A DNA stretch of 63,871 nt, the filler included, from Octopus bimaculoides (Eukaryota): the NCBI RefSeq assembly GCF_001194135.2. It is 7 parts of 7 records of this genome, joined end to end, with 100 filler letters (N's around TTAATTAATTAA, not from the genome) between each part and the next. Parts side by side here need not be neighbours in the genome. Positions count along the whole stretch, not along the records: positions 46,692 to 52,099 come from NC_068987.1; positions 52,200 to 56,856 come from NC_069002.1; positions 56,957 to 59,474 come from NC_068991.1; positions 59,575 to 63,871 come from NW_026304388.1; 3 more parts are not named here. One strand, given 5' to 3'. This document shows, one piece after another, positions 48,337 to 61,379 of the stretch. Each line of letters opens with the position of its first letter. Positions within the stretch are counted from its first letter, which is position 1. The notes under the pieces were generated by a model that did no database searches, was not told where the DNA came from, and saw nothing but the letters and a program-made list of their open reading frames with translations. Position numbers and translations under genes: made by a program.

Positions 48337-48571
48337 TATTGGGTTGGTGCATGATTATTACGGCTTTTTTTCAACAAATTTTATTCAACAAAACAATAAC
48401 AAAATTATACAAAAGCATCTTTAAATGACGGTCTGACTGTCTGCCAAGCAAATGGGAAGCATCGACTGAAGTAGATGGTGAATATGCTCCGGAATACTCA
48501 TTTAAAGATGTTTTTGTTACATATTATTGTTTTTGTTGAATAAAATTTGTTGAAAAAAGCCGCAATGCACC
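48337..48571 (+). mobile_element. Mariner-derived MITE (internal deletion derivative)
   Basis: TA-TTGGGTTGGTGCA terminus, ~90-bp inverted arms, and a core encoding LPSKWEA...DGEYAPE* (mariner C-terminus). Confidence 0.8.
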
Positions 48572-49539
48572 GCCATGATAGATCGCTAGCCACTACACAT
48601 TTTTTTTTCTCTCCTTATATCTTTTAGTGGAAGAGCGTAGGCTCGAAACGTTGAAGTCCACTCATTGTCAAACAGATCTCAGAATATCTGTATAGCTGTA
48701 CGAAACGGCACACGAAGACAATCGCCGAATAACGAAATTCGTATTAGAAAATTATATTGTAAATGTATAGGAGCAGTAAACAATGTTTAATTTCAGATTT
48801 CTCGATGTAAACATGTAGCTTCTACAGAAATCATTTGTGGTGCATGATGTCATTAATTTTAAAACAATTTCTCAATTAACAAATTTCTATTAGAAAGTAT
48901 TCAATGTATTTCTGTACCTCATTCAGTTTCAATGAAAATAGAATCATTGTCCATAATGAAATCATTTGATACTGTTATATCGCACGTTCGGATGACCTCT
49001 ACTCAACTACTCAACTACGCTTCTCTTTATTTTGGCACTACGGCCACAGCACAGAGGACGACTTTACAGGGACAGACAATACAATACAAAACGTGGGTTA
49101 CATTTAACGAATGATGACATGAATTATTTAAATGAAAAGATGAAATGGCTTACGAGTACCCCAAAGCTCGCAGTTCCATTTAACTGTTCTTTTATACAGT
49201 TTTATACAGTTTATGATCTTTTTTATTTTACAGTTGTATTATGTGGCAATAGATCCTCTGTCGTCACAACGTTTGGCAGATTATCATAGCCCACATATAA
49301 CCCACTCGCTGTAATATCTTGCGGATACATCTCTTTAAGTCTCTTCATCACCTCCTCTTCTACCAATGCAGCTTTCTCATTTCCTCCAAACATTTCTGGA
49401 TCTAATTTTACTCTTACTAGTCCTTTTAGTTTTGATATCTTCTTCTCTATCTCTATATCTTTTGTATACTAAATTAACGTTCGATAATTTCTTTTCGGTC
49501 TTTCACATATCATTGCTTCATACATCTTCTCTTGTAGTA

Positions 49540-49903
49540 GAGGCGCAATGGCCCAGTGGTTAGGGCAGCGGACTCGCGATCATAGGATCGCGGTTTCGAT
49601 TCCCAGACCGGGCGTTGTGAGTGTTTATTGAGCGAAAACACCTAAAGCTCCGGCAGGGGATGGTGGCGAACCCCGCTGTACTCTTCCACCACAACTTACT
49701 CTTACTTCCTGTTTCTGTTGTGCCTGTAATTCAAAGGGTCATCCTTGTCACACTGTGTCAGGCTGAATATCCCCGAGAACTACGTTAAGGGTACACGTGT
49801 CTGTAGAGTGCTCAGCCACATGCACGTTAATTTCACGAACAGGCTGTTCCGTTGATCGGATCAACTGGAACTCTCGACGCCGTTAGCGACGGAGTGCCAA
49901 GAA
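49540..49903 (+). mobile_element. Full-length tRNA-derived SINE (family E) with target-site duplication
   Basis: A box TGGCCCAGTGGTTAGG, B box GGTTTCGATTCCC; flanks ACATCTTCTCTTGTA / ACATCTCTTGTA. Confidence 0.85.
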
Positions 49904-50818
49904 CATCTCTTGTACTCTCTTCTCCCAATCGTCAAGTTTCGCCTTTTTTTTCCGGGTCTCTTACATACGTATAATCTGGTTCTTGGGTTCGATTCTCAGT
50001 TGTTTCCTCTATGGTTTCCCTTTCCGCCGTGTCTTCTTTTTCCCTTTCTTTTTTTTTCGGGTTTTTTTTAACGTCTAGACTTCTCCCTCTATGTCTACGT
50101 ATTGGGCTAGCTTACTTCATCGTCTGGGGGTGTCGACACAACAGATACAAATATATTTTAAGTACAACAATATAAATCAAACAAACATGCAAGACCTGAA
50201 AAATACGTTATAGCATTTCAGCTTCTACAATTTAGTGAAGCGTTCGTTAACGTGCAAAAGAGACCGAAGTGTAAACCCTTCCATTCCAATAGCAGATTTT
50301 ATAAAATTAGAGCAGTGTGTAATACTTCAGTAACTGTACAACGTATTGCTGAAGCCTCTTTTCATTAATTCCTCGAGATAATGTAATCAACGAAACACAA
50401 AACGCAACAAGTCACTTATTTTCAGTTGAGTGTCACCGACAACATCGATAACAAACCACAAAACTGTCAATAAACTGTAAAGTTGTACGAAAAGAAGACA
50501 GAGATGAGAGAAGGAATATGACGACGGTGGGTGGGGAATTTCAGTGGTAGACTCTGTTGGAGACGGGAATTCTATAAGCTGGTGACTTATGCTCTCAGTA
50601 AGGAAAATAATTAAATCTTTGAGATCATGAACGTATATTTCATTACGTTCGAGCTGGGTTATTCTCCACAATTCCTGACTGATTATACACATGATATCCC
50701 TGGTGAATGTGGTTATTTCTTATTATTCATATTTATTGTCAATCATAAAATTTAATAGAAAAGTTATTTGAATCATACGAAGACGTGTATATTCAACGTA
50801 ACATATTCATGAATAGTG

Positions 50819-50859
<41 letters not shown>

Positions 50860-51255
50860 CAGTCGCCGAACACGCCGAACACAAATACACATAACTATAC
50901 ATTTCGTTAATTCTTAGTACGTACATATTTGTAAGGCGATGAGCTGGCAGAAGCGTTAGCACATAGGGCGAAATGTTTAGCGGTATTTCGGCTGTCTTTA
51001 CGTTCTGAGTTCAAATTCTGCCGAGGNNNNNNNNNNNNNNNNNNNNNNNNNNNNNNNNNNNNNNNNNNNNNNNNNNNNNNNNNNNNNNNNNNNNNNNNNN
51101 NNNNNNNNNNNNNNNNNNNNNNNNNNNNNNNNNNNNNNNNNNNNNNNNNNNNNNNNNNNNNNNNNNNNNNNNNNNNNNNNNNNNNNNNNNNNNNNNNNNN
51201 NNNNNNNNNNNNNNNNNNNNNNNNNNNNNNNNNNNNNNNNNNNNNNNNNNNNNNN

Positions 51256-51292
<37 letters not shown>

Positions 51293-52206
51293 CTTCTATC
51301 TGTCTATCTATCTATCTCCCACTTTATCTTTGTCTATGCGCGTCTTTCACGCTCTCTTTCGCTGTTTTCTTTCTCTTTTACTTTTTACTTCCTTCAGTTA
51401 TCAGAAACCCAGCCAGGAGGCACTACCGTGAAGAAATTTTAGTGGAACAAATAGGTTCTCAGTACATAACAAAATTTTTATATAGATTTTATCCGTATAT
51501 TTAATTGTAGATTCAACCGGAATAAATTCAGTGCTGAATTATTCCGTATATACACGTGTACCAAGATGTAATTTGAAAAGCCCGCTTGTTACATGGATAC
51601 ATAAGTGTGAACATTTCAATGTATTATGTTCGATATATTTGGTGTTCGTCTGGCGTGAGAATTTTATTCATTTGTTTTTGTTCTTAGTATGCCTGCACTG
51701 ACGATTAGAAAGTGGATTATGTACACTATAAAATAATTTGCGGCTGAATCTGTTTTTAGGCGACGACTTCCAAGTTGCATTCCTTACTATGGGTACACTG
51801 TATATTTATGAAGGTAGTTTTGACTTTAGGAGTCCCATATAGCCTGAAGAATTTATGTGTAGTAATGCTCTTAATATAATAAATGTATTTAAACAAAAAG
51901 AATAAATTAATTACATATTTTGTATAAATTATTCCCTTAACTGGTTGTTGACGCTGACAACTTGATAAATTCTTATATAGATTTTATCCTTTATTTACAC
52001 AAAATGATTAACGATTTAGGATTAGAAGCCTAAATTTACAAAAATATGGTCAAAATGAACACCGTATAAATAACACCTATGAATCGTGCATCCATACTAN
52101 NNNNNNNNNNNNNNNNNNNNNNNNNNNNNNNNNNNNNNNNNNNTTAATTAATTAANNNNNNNNNNNNNNNNNNNNNNNNNNNNNNNNNNNNNNNNNNNNG
52201 GAAGTT

Positions 52207-52557
52207 AATTATTTATTATTAACAAATTGGTCGTCTTTGCATTTTACAGTCCTTTCAATTAATACTCAATCATTTAATTACAAATTTGTACATTAAATTT
52301 GCATTTATCAGAGGCAAAAATGATGTACCATGGGATGTTATATGTGGACCTATCAATTCATTTCAGCAGACCCTGAAATGAATTCATAGTTCCACATATA
52401 ACGTTGCAAGATACACCTTTTTTTTTTTTCTCTGATGAAATTATGCTCATGTCACATCAATGCAAAATTAATGTACAAATTTGTAATTCAATTATTGATT
52501 ATTAATTGAAACAGCTGTCAGGAGCAAAGATGACCAATTTGTTAATAATTAATAATT
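52207..52557. repeat. ~350-bp imperfect palindrome (fold-back element)
   Basis: Arms mirrored from AATTATT.ATTATTAACAAATTGGTC to CATTTCAG; 6-nt loop near 52370. Confidence 0.88.
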
Positions 52558-52722
52558 CTTTTAACTGGATATAATGCTTAATATATATCTATTCTTTTAA
52601 GGGAATTTCATTCCCCAACAATATTAGGTATTGAACCATTATTTCCTTAGATGCAACCATCCCTTCATAAGGTTAACATATACTCTAATTAAATATATAT
52701 GTATATATATATACACACACAA

Positions 52723-52769
<47 letters not shown>

Positions 52770-52770
<1 letters not shown>

Positions 52771-55582
52771 ATTCGGCAGGTAAGTTGTTACACACTCCTG
52801 AGTGGATTCCGACTTCTGTGGTCACTGTCCTTTGTCTATATCAACCAACAACTGACACAATGAGATTGTATAGATGCCTGAAAGAAGGTACATTGATGTA
52901 TGTTGCGTCCAAGACGTTAGGTGGAGAGGAGCTTCAGCCAGGTTCCTCACAGGTAAGACACATAGGTATAAAATCTGGGAAGGTAACAGTTACGGAGTAA
53001 GTAGTGTGGGCATACTTCTTGCAGAGAAATGGGTGGATAATATTATAGAAGTAGTTAAAATATGTCATAGCATACTTAAGCTCAGGCTAATCTTGCAGAA
53101 TAGTATAGCTACAATTATATCTGCCAACGCACCACAAGTGGGCTTACCAAATGAACAGAAGGACCGCTTTTATGATATTCTGCAGGCTACCTCCAAGATG
53201 AGTGACAATGATCTCATCTTCATGGCTGGGGATTTCAATGGGCATGTCAGGCGGCAGCCCGGTATCTACCATGGTGTTCATGGGAGCCATGGAATCAGTT
53301 CCCAAAACAAAGAGGGAACAAGACTACTGGACTTCTGTGATACAACTAACCTTTTGATCTGCAACACCAACTTCAGGAAGCCAGTTAGTCACCTGATAAC
53401 TTATCAATGAGGTGACTCTGCTAGCCAAAATGATTTCATTCTCTCCAGGCAACGGAGTGCATAGTTGCTCTCAAATGCAAAGAGTCTCCCTGGTGAAGAA
53501 TGTACTCCCAGCACAGACTAGTCATTAGCGACTTTAGACTCCAGGCCAGAAGGAAGCCAAGAAGCATCCCAATCTGAAAAAGGATTTGGAAGCTTAAGGA
53601 CCCTTCAAATGGTCAGAGATTTAGGGACATCTTAACTGAGAAATTTAATGAGAGGAAGGAGCAGCTACACACTTGTGATATAGAGGGCAACTAGGAATTC
53701 CTGAGGGATAGCTTACTGAATGCCACAGACCAAATCTGTGGCTGGTGCAAAGTTCCTTTCAGATCTAGGGTAACATGGTGGTGGAACAGTACTGTAGACA
53801 GGGCCATTAGAGCAAAGAAACAGACCTAGATGAGTAGGGGCAACAGGGAACTGTATCAGATAGCCAGAAGAGAAGCTAGGAGACAAGTATATCTAGCCAA
53901 GGGAGAAGCAAAAAAGAAGTTTGTCTTTGTTCAGCGCTGTGAGGACCAACAAACTGAAGTATTTCAGATTGCAAGACAGTGTGTGAGAGAAAATTGTGAT
54001 GCCATAGGAGAGAAATGTGTCCGCATGGATGATGGTTCACTTGTTTTGAATGAGTCTGCGGAGAAAGAGGCTTAGAGATGCCATTATGAAAGACTGCTGA
54101 ACGTGGAGAATGAATGGGAGGAGGAGAGCCTGCCAAATATTGACCCAACAGATGGCCCAGCTATTTGAATTGACAGTACCCTGGTGGATAAAGCAATTAA
54201 GGATGTGAAGATAGGAAAATACCCCGGCCCATCAGGAATCACTGCTGAGATGCTTAAAATATCTAGCAGTGTGGGTTATGGTCTAGTCACCCATATTGTA
54301 AATCAGATGGTTCATGAAGGAGTCATACCCAATGACTGGTGTAGCAGCACCTTAGTCAACCGCTACAAAGGTAAAGGTGATGCCTTAGATAGAAATAATT
54401 ACAAATGTATCAAATTGTTGGATCAGGTGATGAAATTTACGGAGAGAGTCATAGCCCAACTAATCTGGGAGAGAGTTAGTCTAGATGAGATGCAGTCTGG
54501 TTTTCTGTCAGGTGGAAACACCACTGATGTTATATATTTCTGGTAAAGCAACTGCAGGAGAAATACCTAGCCAAAGATAAACCTCTGTACTTGGCTTTTG
54601 TTGACTTGGAGAAAACTTTTGACAGAGTCCCCCAATCCCTTATCTGGTGGTCAATGTGGAAACTAGGGATAGACGAGTGATTGGTGAGAGCCGTACAAGC
54701 CCTGTACAGGGACGCTATCAGTAAGGTGAGGGTGGGCAACAAGTACAGCGAAGAATTCATGGTACAAGTAGGTGTTCACCAAGGATCAGTGCTCAGCACC
54801 CTTTTGTTCATTATAGTCCTCCAGGCAATAAAAGAGGAATTCCAGACAGGCTGCCCCTGGGAGCTCCTCTATGCTGATGACCTTGTTCTTATAGCTGAAT
54901 CACTACCAGAACTAGAGAAGAAGTTCTACATATGGAAACAAGGTATAGAATCAAAGGGCCTTAGAGTTTATCTAGCAAAACCAAAGTCATAGTAAATAGG
55001 AAGGCAGACAAATCCCCTCAGGTGGATGGCCCTGCTCAATCTGCAGAAAAGGTGTAGGTAGAAACTCCATAATATGCAACCAGTGTAAACTCTGGACACA
55101 CAAAAGATGCAGTAACATCAAAGGAAGGTTAACAGAGAAACTATCCTTTGTATGTGGGAGGTGCACAGGCATAATAAATGCTGAACATGTGTGGAAAATT
55201 GATAGCATCTGGTATCTAGGTGACCAGGTAAGTAGTGGAGGTGGATGTTCCAAGAGCGTAGCTGTGAGAATAAGATTAGGATGGACAAAGTTCAGAGGGC
55301 TCCTACCCCTGCTGGCAACAAAGGGCCTCTCTCTCAGAGTGAAAAGCAAATTGTTTGATGTCTGTGTGTGAACATCAATGCTGCATGGCAGTGAAACATG
55401 GGTATAACAGCTGAGAACATGTATAGGCTTAAAAGAAATGAAGTCAGTATGCGTCGCTGGATGTGCAATGTCAGTGTGTATGTTTGATAGAGTGTAAGCA
55501 TCTTGAGAGAAAAGTTAGGCATAAGAAGAATCAGATGTAGTGTGCAAGAGAGACAACTGCGCTGGTATGGTCATGTGATGTG
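52770..55582 (+). mobile_element. Near full-length decayed RTE-clade LINE ORF (AP endonuclease, RT, PHD-like finger)
   Basis: APE motifs IDVCCVQDVRW and AGDFNGHV; RT motifs FVDLEKTFDRVP, GVHQGSVLS.LLF and LLYADD; many stops and frameshifts. Confidence 0.95.
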
Positions 55583-56324
55583 CAATTAGAAAACCATCAC
55601 TTTCAAAAACAAATGTTACAAAGTGTTTAGAGTGGAGTAAAAACCTACAGAATTGGTCCCTAGAACAGTGGAAGAATGTTATTTTCTCGAACGAGTCATC
55701 CTTTACTTATTTCCAACCACTGGCCGAGTATACATGTGGAGACAGCCAAAAGAAGCATTTGTTCCAGACTGTCTTCTTCCAACTGTTAAACATGGAGAAG
55801 GATCTGTGATGATGGGGGGGGGGGCTATATCTTGGAAATCTGCCAGCTCAATGGTTTCCCTTCATGGCAGAATTAATAGTCAAGACTATTTAAGCATTTT
55901 ATCTAATCAAATTTGTTCTATGTTTGCGGAACTGTTTCTGGAGGGAAACACAATCTTTCAGGATGATAATGCACCAATTCACACAGATAAAGTTGTTACT
56001 GAATGGCACGAGGAACATTCTAGTGCAGTTGAACATCTTATCTGGCCACCACAGTCCCCAGATCTCAATATTATTGAACTGTTATGGTGCATTTTAGAAA
56101 AACAAGTAAGGAGTCGATATCCTCCACCATCATCACTACAAGAACTGGAGACTGTTTTAGCTGAAGAATGGACAAAAATTCCTTTGGAAACAATTCAAAC
56201 TTTGTATGAGTCCGTACCTCGTACAATTCTTCAAGTTGTAATCACTTCCAAAGGCAGTCCTACCCCATATCAAAATAAATTTGTTTGAAATTGAAGGTGT
56301 TTCCATTATTTTGTCTAACCCCTG
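55583..56324 (+). mobile_element. Tc1-like transposon, 3' two-thirds, DD36E-type catalytic spacing, inactive
   Basis: VIFSNES (first Asp mutated), VKHG.GSVM, FQDDNAPIH and WPPQSPDLNIIE.LW; right TIR ends ...AACCCCTG-TA. Confidence 0.92.
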
Positions 56325-56339
56325 TATATGTATATATTT

Positions 56340-56680
56340 TTTTTATTCTTTTACTTGTTTCAGTCATTTGACTGTGGCTATGCTGGAGCACCACCTTAAA
56401 GTGTGTTAGTCAAAGAAATTAACCCCAGGATTTATTCTTTGTAAGCCTAGTAATCATTCTATCAATCTCTTTTGCCAAACTGCTAAGTTACAGGGACATA
56501 AACATGCCAGCATCATTTGAAAAAGGGCTTCTTCCAGTTTCCATCTACCAAATCCACTTACAAGGCTTTGGTTGGCCAGAGACTATAGTAGAAGACACTT
56601 GCGCTTGGTGCCATGCCATGGGACTGAACCCAGAACCATGTGGTTGAGAAGCAAGCTTCTTACCACACCTAACACCTATA
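56340..56680 (-). mobile_element. SINE family B
   Basis: Reverse complement of the 26180-26515 consensus. Confidence 0.8.
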
Positions 56681-56729
56681 TATTTATATATCCTCCGACG
56701 CTACTCTATCTCTTTCTCTTTCCTTTCTC

Positions 56730-56856
56730 CCCCCCCCTCGTTCTTCCTCTGTACTACTACGTATCTCGCCTTAACCCTCTTGTTCTTCCTCTGTACTACT
56801 ACGTATCTCGCCTTACCCCTCTTGTTCTTCCTCTGTTACTACTACGTATTTCCTTT
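56730..56856. repeat. 42-bp minisatellite, ~3 copies, running into a gap
   Basis: CCCTCTTGTTCTTCCTCTGTACTACTACGTATCTCGCCTTA repeated without spacers. Confidence 0.9.
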
Positions 56857-57787
56857 NNNNNNNNNNNNNNNNNNNNNNNNNNNNNNNNNNNNNNNNNNNN
56901 TTAATTAATTAANNNNNNNNNNNNNNNNNNNNNNNNNNNNNNNNNNNNNNNNNNNNTTTGATTTGTTTGTTTGTATTCGCTGCGGCCCTTCACTTGAGAA
57001 ATGTGCCAATAGAGGAGTCATTTTCTCTCCTTTGTTCAAAGTCTGTTTTCCTTTTCATTTGTTCGTCGCTTCTCAGATCCCTTTTAAGCAATGAATGTTA
57101 ATTTCCTCCCTTTTCATCTTTCCCAGTTCGATAAAGTAAAATACCCGTGAAGCACAGATGTTGAGTAAATCAATTATTTAGCCCCCCCCCCCACGCTCCC
57201 ATGGCCTGGTGCATGTACAGTACCGGACCTCTTATCCGGCTTCCGGAAGTTCGGAAACTCCCAGAAATCCGGAAATAATGTGCATCTTTTCGAAGATGGT
57301 TAATTTGCATAGCTTTTATCTTTTACTTGTTTCACTCATTTGACTGCGGCCACGCTGGGCACCGTCTTGAAGGTTTTAGTCGAATAAATCCACCCTAGGG
57401 ATTTTTTCGTTGTTGTTATTTGAAGGCTAATACTTGCCCAAGGTGCCACGCAGTGGGACTGAACCCGGAACCATGTGGTTGGTAAAAATAAAAGAGCAGA
57501 ATTTCCTTGTTCCAAAAGAATTCCTTTATTTACGCATTGGTTCTATGCCTCATTTCCAAAGTGTTTCTATCAGCTTTCTAAAATTTTGTTTCTAATTTCA
57601 CTATATGATCGCTATGTCCGTCTCTGCTACTTAACATACCAATTTAATTAAGTTTTCTTATTTCATTACGACAGATTAGGCTCAGATATCTAAGATATCT
57701 CAATTGTTATGTCATAATATATCTCACAGCATGAAACCAATTAAAATTGACGAAACGTCTGCTGGACAATTCACCAACCCTTTATAT

Positions 57788-57850
57788 CAGTAATGGCGAA
57801 TCTATGACACGTGTCACACAAGTGACACGTCGCGTGGTTTTAGGTGATGT
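57788..57850 (+). mobile_element. hAT-like transposon terminus fragment
   Basis: CAGTAATGGCGAATCTATGACACGTGTC...TGACACGT resembles hAT TIR/subterminal motifs; the other end was not found. Confidence 0.45.
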
Positions 57851-58016
57851 ACGATAAATTTTAAATAAAAAGGGGGAAAAAATATCCTTTCCTGCCATGT
57901 CATGTTATTAAAAAAAAAAAATAATAATCTACAAGAATTTATCAGAAACTAAAATATTTGTTTAAGGCAGCAAGCTGGAAGAGTCGTGCGCACATCGGAT
58001 AAATAGATTAATAGAT

Positions 58017-58384
58017 AAACAAGAGCACTCAGAGAGCGCAAATCTCCGCCAAGGCAAGACCAACGTCCTCTCAACGATTAGCCAGAGATAATGTTTAGAA
58101 TGGGAATATATGAAATAAACTCGACTGCTCGCTCAAACGAGAATGCTAAAAATGAACCCGACCGTTCTCAAAAATAAGGTTTAAAATAAAAACAGGAAAA
58201 ATAATTCAGAATCCTTGTCCAATATCGGATCGATTTCAAAATATAATCAGTTCGTGCCAGTCAAGGGGCCAAACATCCCTGATTCATCCGAATCCATGCA
58301 GCGGTTCTTGAGATATCTTGTCCACGGCCAAACAATCAAACACGACTGAAAACAATACCTCCGCCCTCGCTAAGGCGGAACTAA
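58017..58384. mobile_element. Non-autonomous Helentron/HINE-like element (tentative)
   Basis: CTCCGCC near the 5' end and a CTCCGCC...GGCGGA stem-loop at the 3' end; no TSD. Confidence 0.4.
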
Positions 58385-58389
58385 TGGTT

Positions 58390-58620
58390 AGCGACGAGAA
58401 TGGTTAGCACGTCGGGCGAAATGTTTAGCGGTATTTCGTCTGCCGTTACGTTCTGAGTTCAAATTCCGCCGAGGCCAACTTTGCCTTTCATCCTTTCGGG
58501 GGTTGATGAAATAAGTACCAGCTACGCCCAAGGGGGTCTATGTAATCGACTTAATCCCTTTGTCTGTCCTTGTTTGTCCCTTCTATGTTTAACCCCCTGT
58601 GGGCTATAAAGAAATAAATA
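58390..58620 (+). mobile_element. SINE family A
   Basis: Matches the 43305-43615 consensus. Confidence 0.85.
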
Positions 58621-59207
58621 ACATAACATAACCTTTTGCGGTGTTTCTTCCAGCTATCTGCAGGTCCGTCCCCAGACTTTGGTGCCTGGAGATGCTTCAA
58701 AATATACTGGGTAGGCACAAATTTCTGAATCGGAGGGGACACCACTGAATAGTTAAAAGACAGTGCTCTCCAGTGCCCCCGCCCCTTAGCGACGATCATG
58801 TTAGTCAGACATCAAAGAATGTATTGCAGGCTGGGATTTTTGCAAACTGTATTTTCTACATCTGGGGGTACACCACTGAACAGTGAGGGGGCGGTGCCGT
58901 CCTGTACACCCGCTTAGCGACGGCCACCGCTCTTTACGGTATGAGTTGAAATCCTGGCGAGGAACTGAACCCGAAACCATGTTGTTGTAAACAGTCATGC
59001 TTGTGTCTTATTCAGAAAAATGCGACCCCTTCAACGTTTGTATTGTTACTTGCAGGTATATTGCACTTCAGGGCGTCGGAAGGCTTCCGAAAAACCAGAT
59101 CTACATCAGCTGTACGAGTTACTACACAGCTGCTGCTACATGTTAACAAAATCTACCCGGATATTTGCTGCTTGTCTCCCACTTTCTTTACTCTTCATCA
59201 ATTTCTT

Positions 59208-59258
<51 letters not shown>

Positions 59259-59574
59259 ATCTATCTATCCCTCTTTCTCCTCTCCTTTATCTGTCTCTTT
59301 CTCTTCGGGAGTTAAATAATTACCGGAATGATGATGGTGGTAGTGGCGGTGGTATAATAGTGATGGCGTTGTTGTTGTTGTTGTTTTTAGTAGTAGTGGT
59401 GGTGGTCACGATGATGCCAGTGGTAGTGGTACATTTTACGCTTATTTTCTCCCCGCACCCCAAAAAAAGTTCACNNNNNNNNNNNNNNNNNNNNNNNNNN
59501 NNNNNNNNNNNNNNNNNNTTAATTAATTAANNNNNNNNNNNNNNNNNNNNNNNNNNNNNNNNNNNNNNNNNNNN

Positions 59575-59614
<40 letters not shown>

Positions 59615-60287
59615 TTAAAAGATGACATGGAAGATGGAGTGTAACTAGAAGCTTTATTTAGCATAACAATCGGTTCGGCTGCTTTCTGTACTGCTCCCTA
59701 GTGTGTGGGAAATGATGTAATGACATCAGATGCATTGCACTGTGCAAAAAAAGAAGAGCCTTATCAGGTGACATAATAGGCATCAAAACTTATAAGATTT
59801 ACATTTCACTCCAAGCTAGATGCTGGTAGTATTATGGTGTGTTGCTAGTAGTTCGCACACATTGGTGAAGTAAGGATACTTGTGGGCTGTATACAGGAAG
59901 TGGTTGATAAAAAATACAAAGAATATAATGTAAAGTGGGGGAGGTGTTAGTGGCATTGAATTGAAAAGCCCTAAAACATGTGGAGACCTTTGATGGATGG
60001 TTATGGCTGGCAAGCATGATGGTGTGGTCAGAAATTTGGTGGGAGTGTGATTCCTGTCTTTAGATGTGATGGCTGTTTAGTTACCCCGTGGTCCATATCA
60101 ATATTGGAACATACACTGATTCACACCTATGCCTATATAAACACATACAACTACACACTCACATACACATGCACATATGCACAAATTTATACGTACTAAT
60201 GCCATTCAGTGTAAATACATAAATGCATCCATCTATTTATACATATACACAGACAGACACACACACAGACACACACAGACACACATA

Positions 60288-60327
<40 letters not shown>

Positions 60328-60379
60328 GGCACACATCACTCATCTTGTCGATTCATACCCTCACCTATATAGACACGTA

Positions 60380-61314
60380 GAATCTGTTCAGTTTGGTGCA
60401 CATATTTTCTAATTAACTTTTTAAGTAAACAGTTTGAAACTTTGTATACTGGAGGAATTTCTCAACCAGAACACAGTTTACTTTGAACAGGTTTGACAAA
60501 ATTTCACATTTTGGAAGTTATTTCATGCTAAAGTTGTTGTATTTGGGTAATTTTAGCCAACCAACGATATGCACTCAGTTGAAGAAAGTTACAGCTGTTT
60601 GCAATAGTAATCAAAGAAGAACAACTTCCAGGTCATCTCTACTAAATGTCACCACTGTGTTCTGTTCGTATGTCAATCGAAATCGATGCCACCTTTATCC
60701 TTTCTTCCTTTCTAATCAGCACCCTGCATTCCTTACTCTTTCCCCCCATACTGGCGTGCCTGAAAGAAAACAAGGCATACTTGTTTTGTTTTACCTTCAT
60801 GTCTTCATAATGCTATTTTTAATCTAATAAAGTCTTTCATATTGACGAAATGTGTTTTTTGTTGATTATAGTAAGATAAAATCATAACAATAACAATAGT
60901 TGTAATATAAGGCATTCTGAAACTACATACGCGTCAACAACACACCTTTATATGCTTACTGGTTACTCCCACATGAGAATCACTCCCAAAAAATTGTTTA
61001 ATATGCAACACAGGCAGTAAAGAAAAAATAAAATAGAACTGAGTGGTGACATTTAGTAGAGATGATCCGAAAGTTGTTCCTCTTCGATTACTATCGCAAA
61101 CAGCAGTAGCTTTCTTCAGCTGAATACATGTCATTGGCTGAAATTACCCAAACATGACAACCTTAATATGAAATAATTCTAAAATATGAAATTTTGTCAA
61201 AAACGTTCAAAGTAAACTGTGTTCTGCATGAGATATTCCACCAGTATATAAAGTTTCAAACTGGTTGGTTACAAAAAATTAATTAAAAAATCTGTGAGCC
61301 AAATTGAACAGATC
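60380..61314. mobile_element. Non-autonomous DNA element with ~285-bp terminal inverted repeats
   Basis: 60380-60667 is the reverse complement of 61036-61314; ORFs 60483 (+) and 60934 (-) share QLKK.TAVC.SN...SSLLNVTT. Confidence 0.85.
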
Positions 61315-61379
61315 TGACACATACAAGTACACACTCATCTATATGCATCTATTTGTATTACTCACAGATGCAAATTTTC

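Noticed and set aside
49540-49615. tRNA-like sequence with A and B boxes (also SINE heads at 6270, 36300, 38640)
   Set aside because: No complete cloverleaf; each continues into a SINE body, so these are SINE heads rather than tRNA genes.
59620-60110. Possible highly decayed Gypsy integrase on the - strand
   Set aside because: Only vague motif echoes; not supportable without a profile search.
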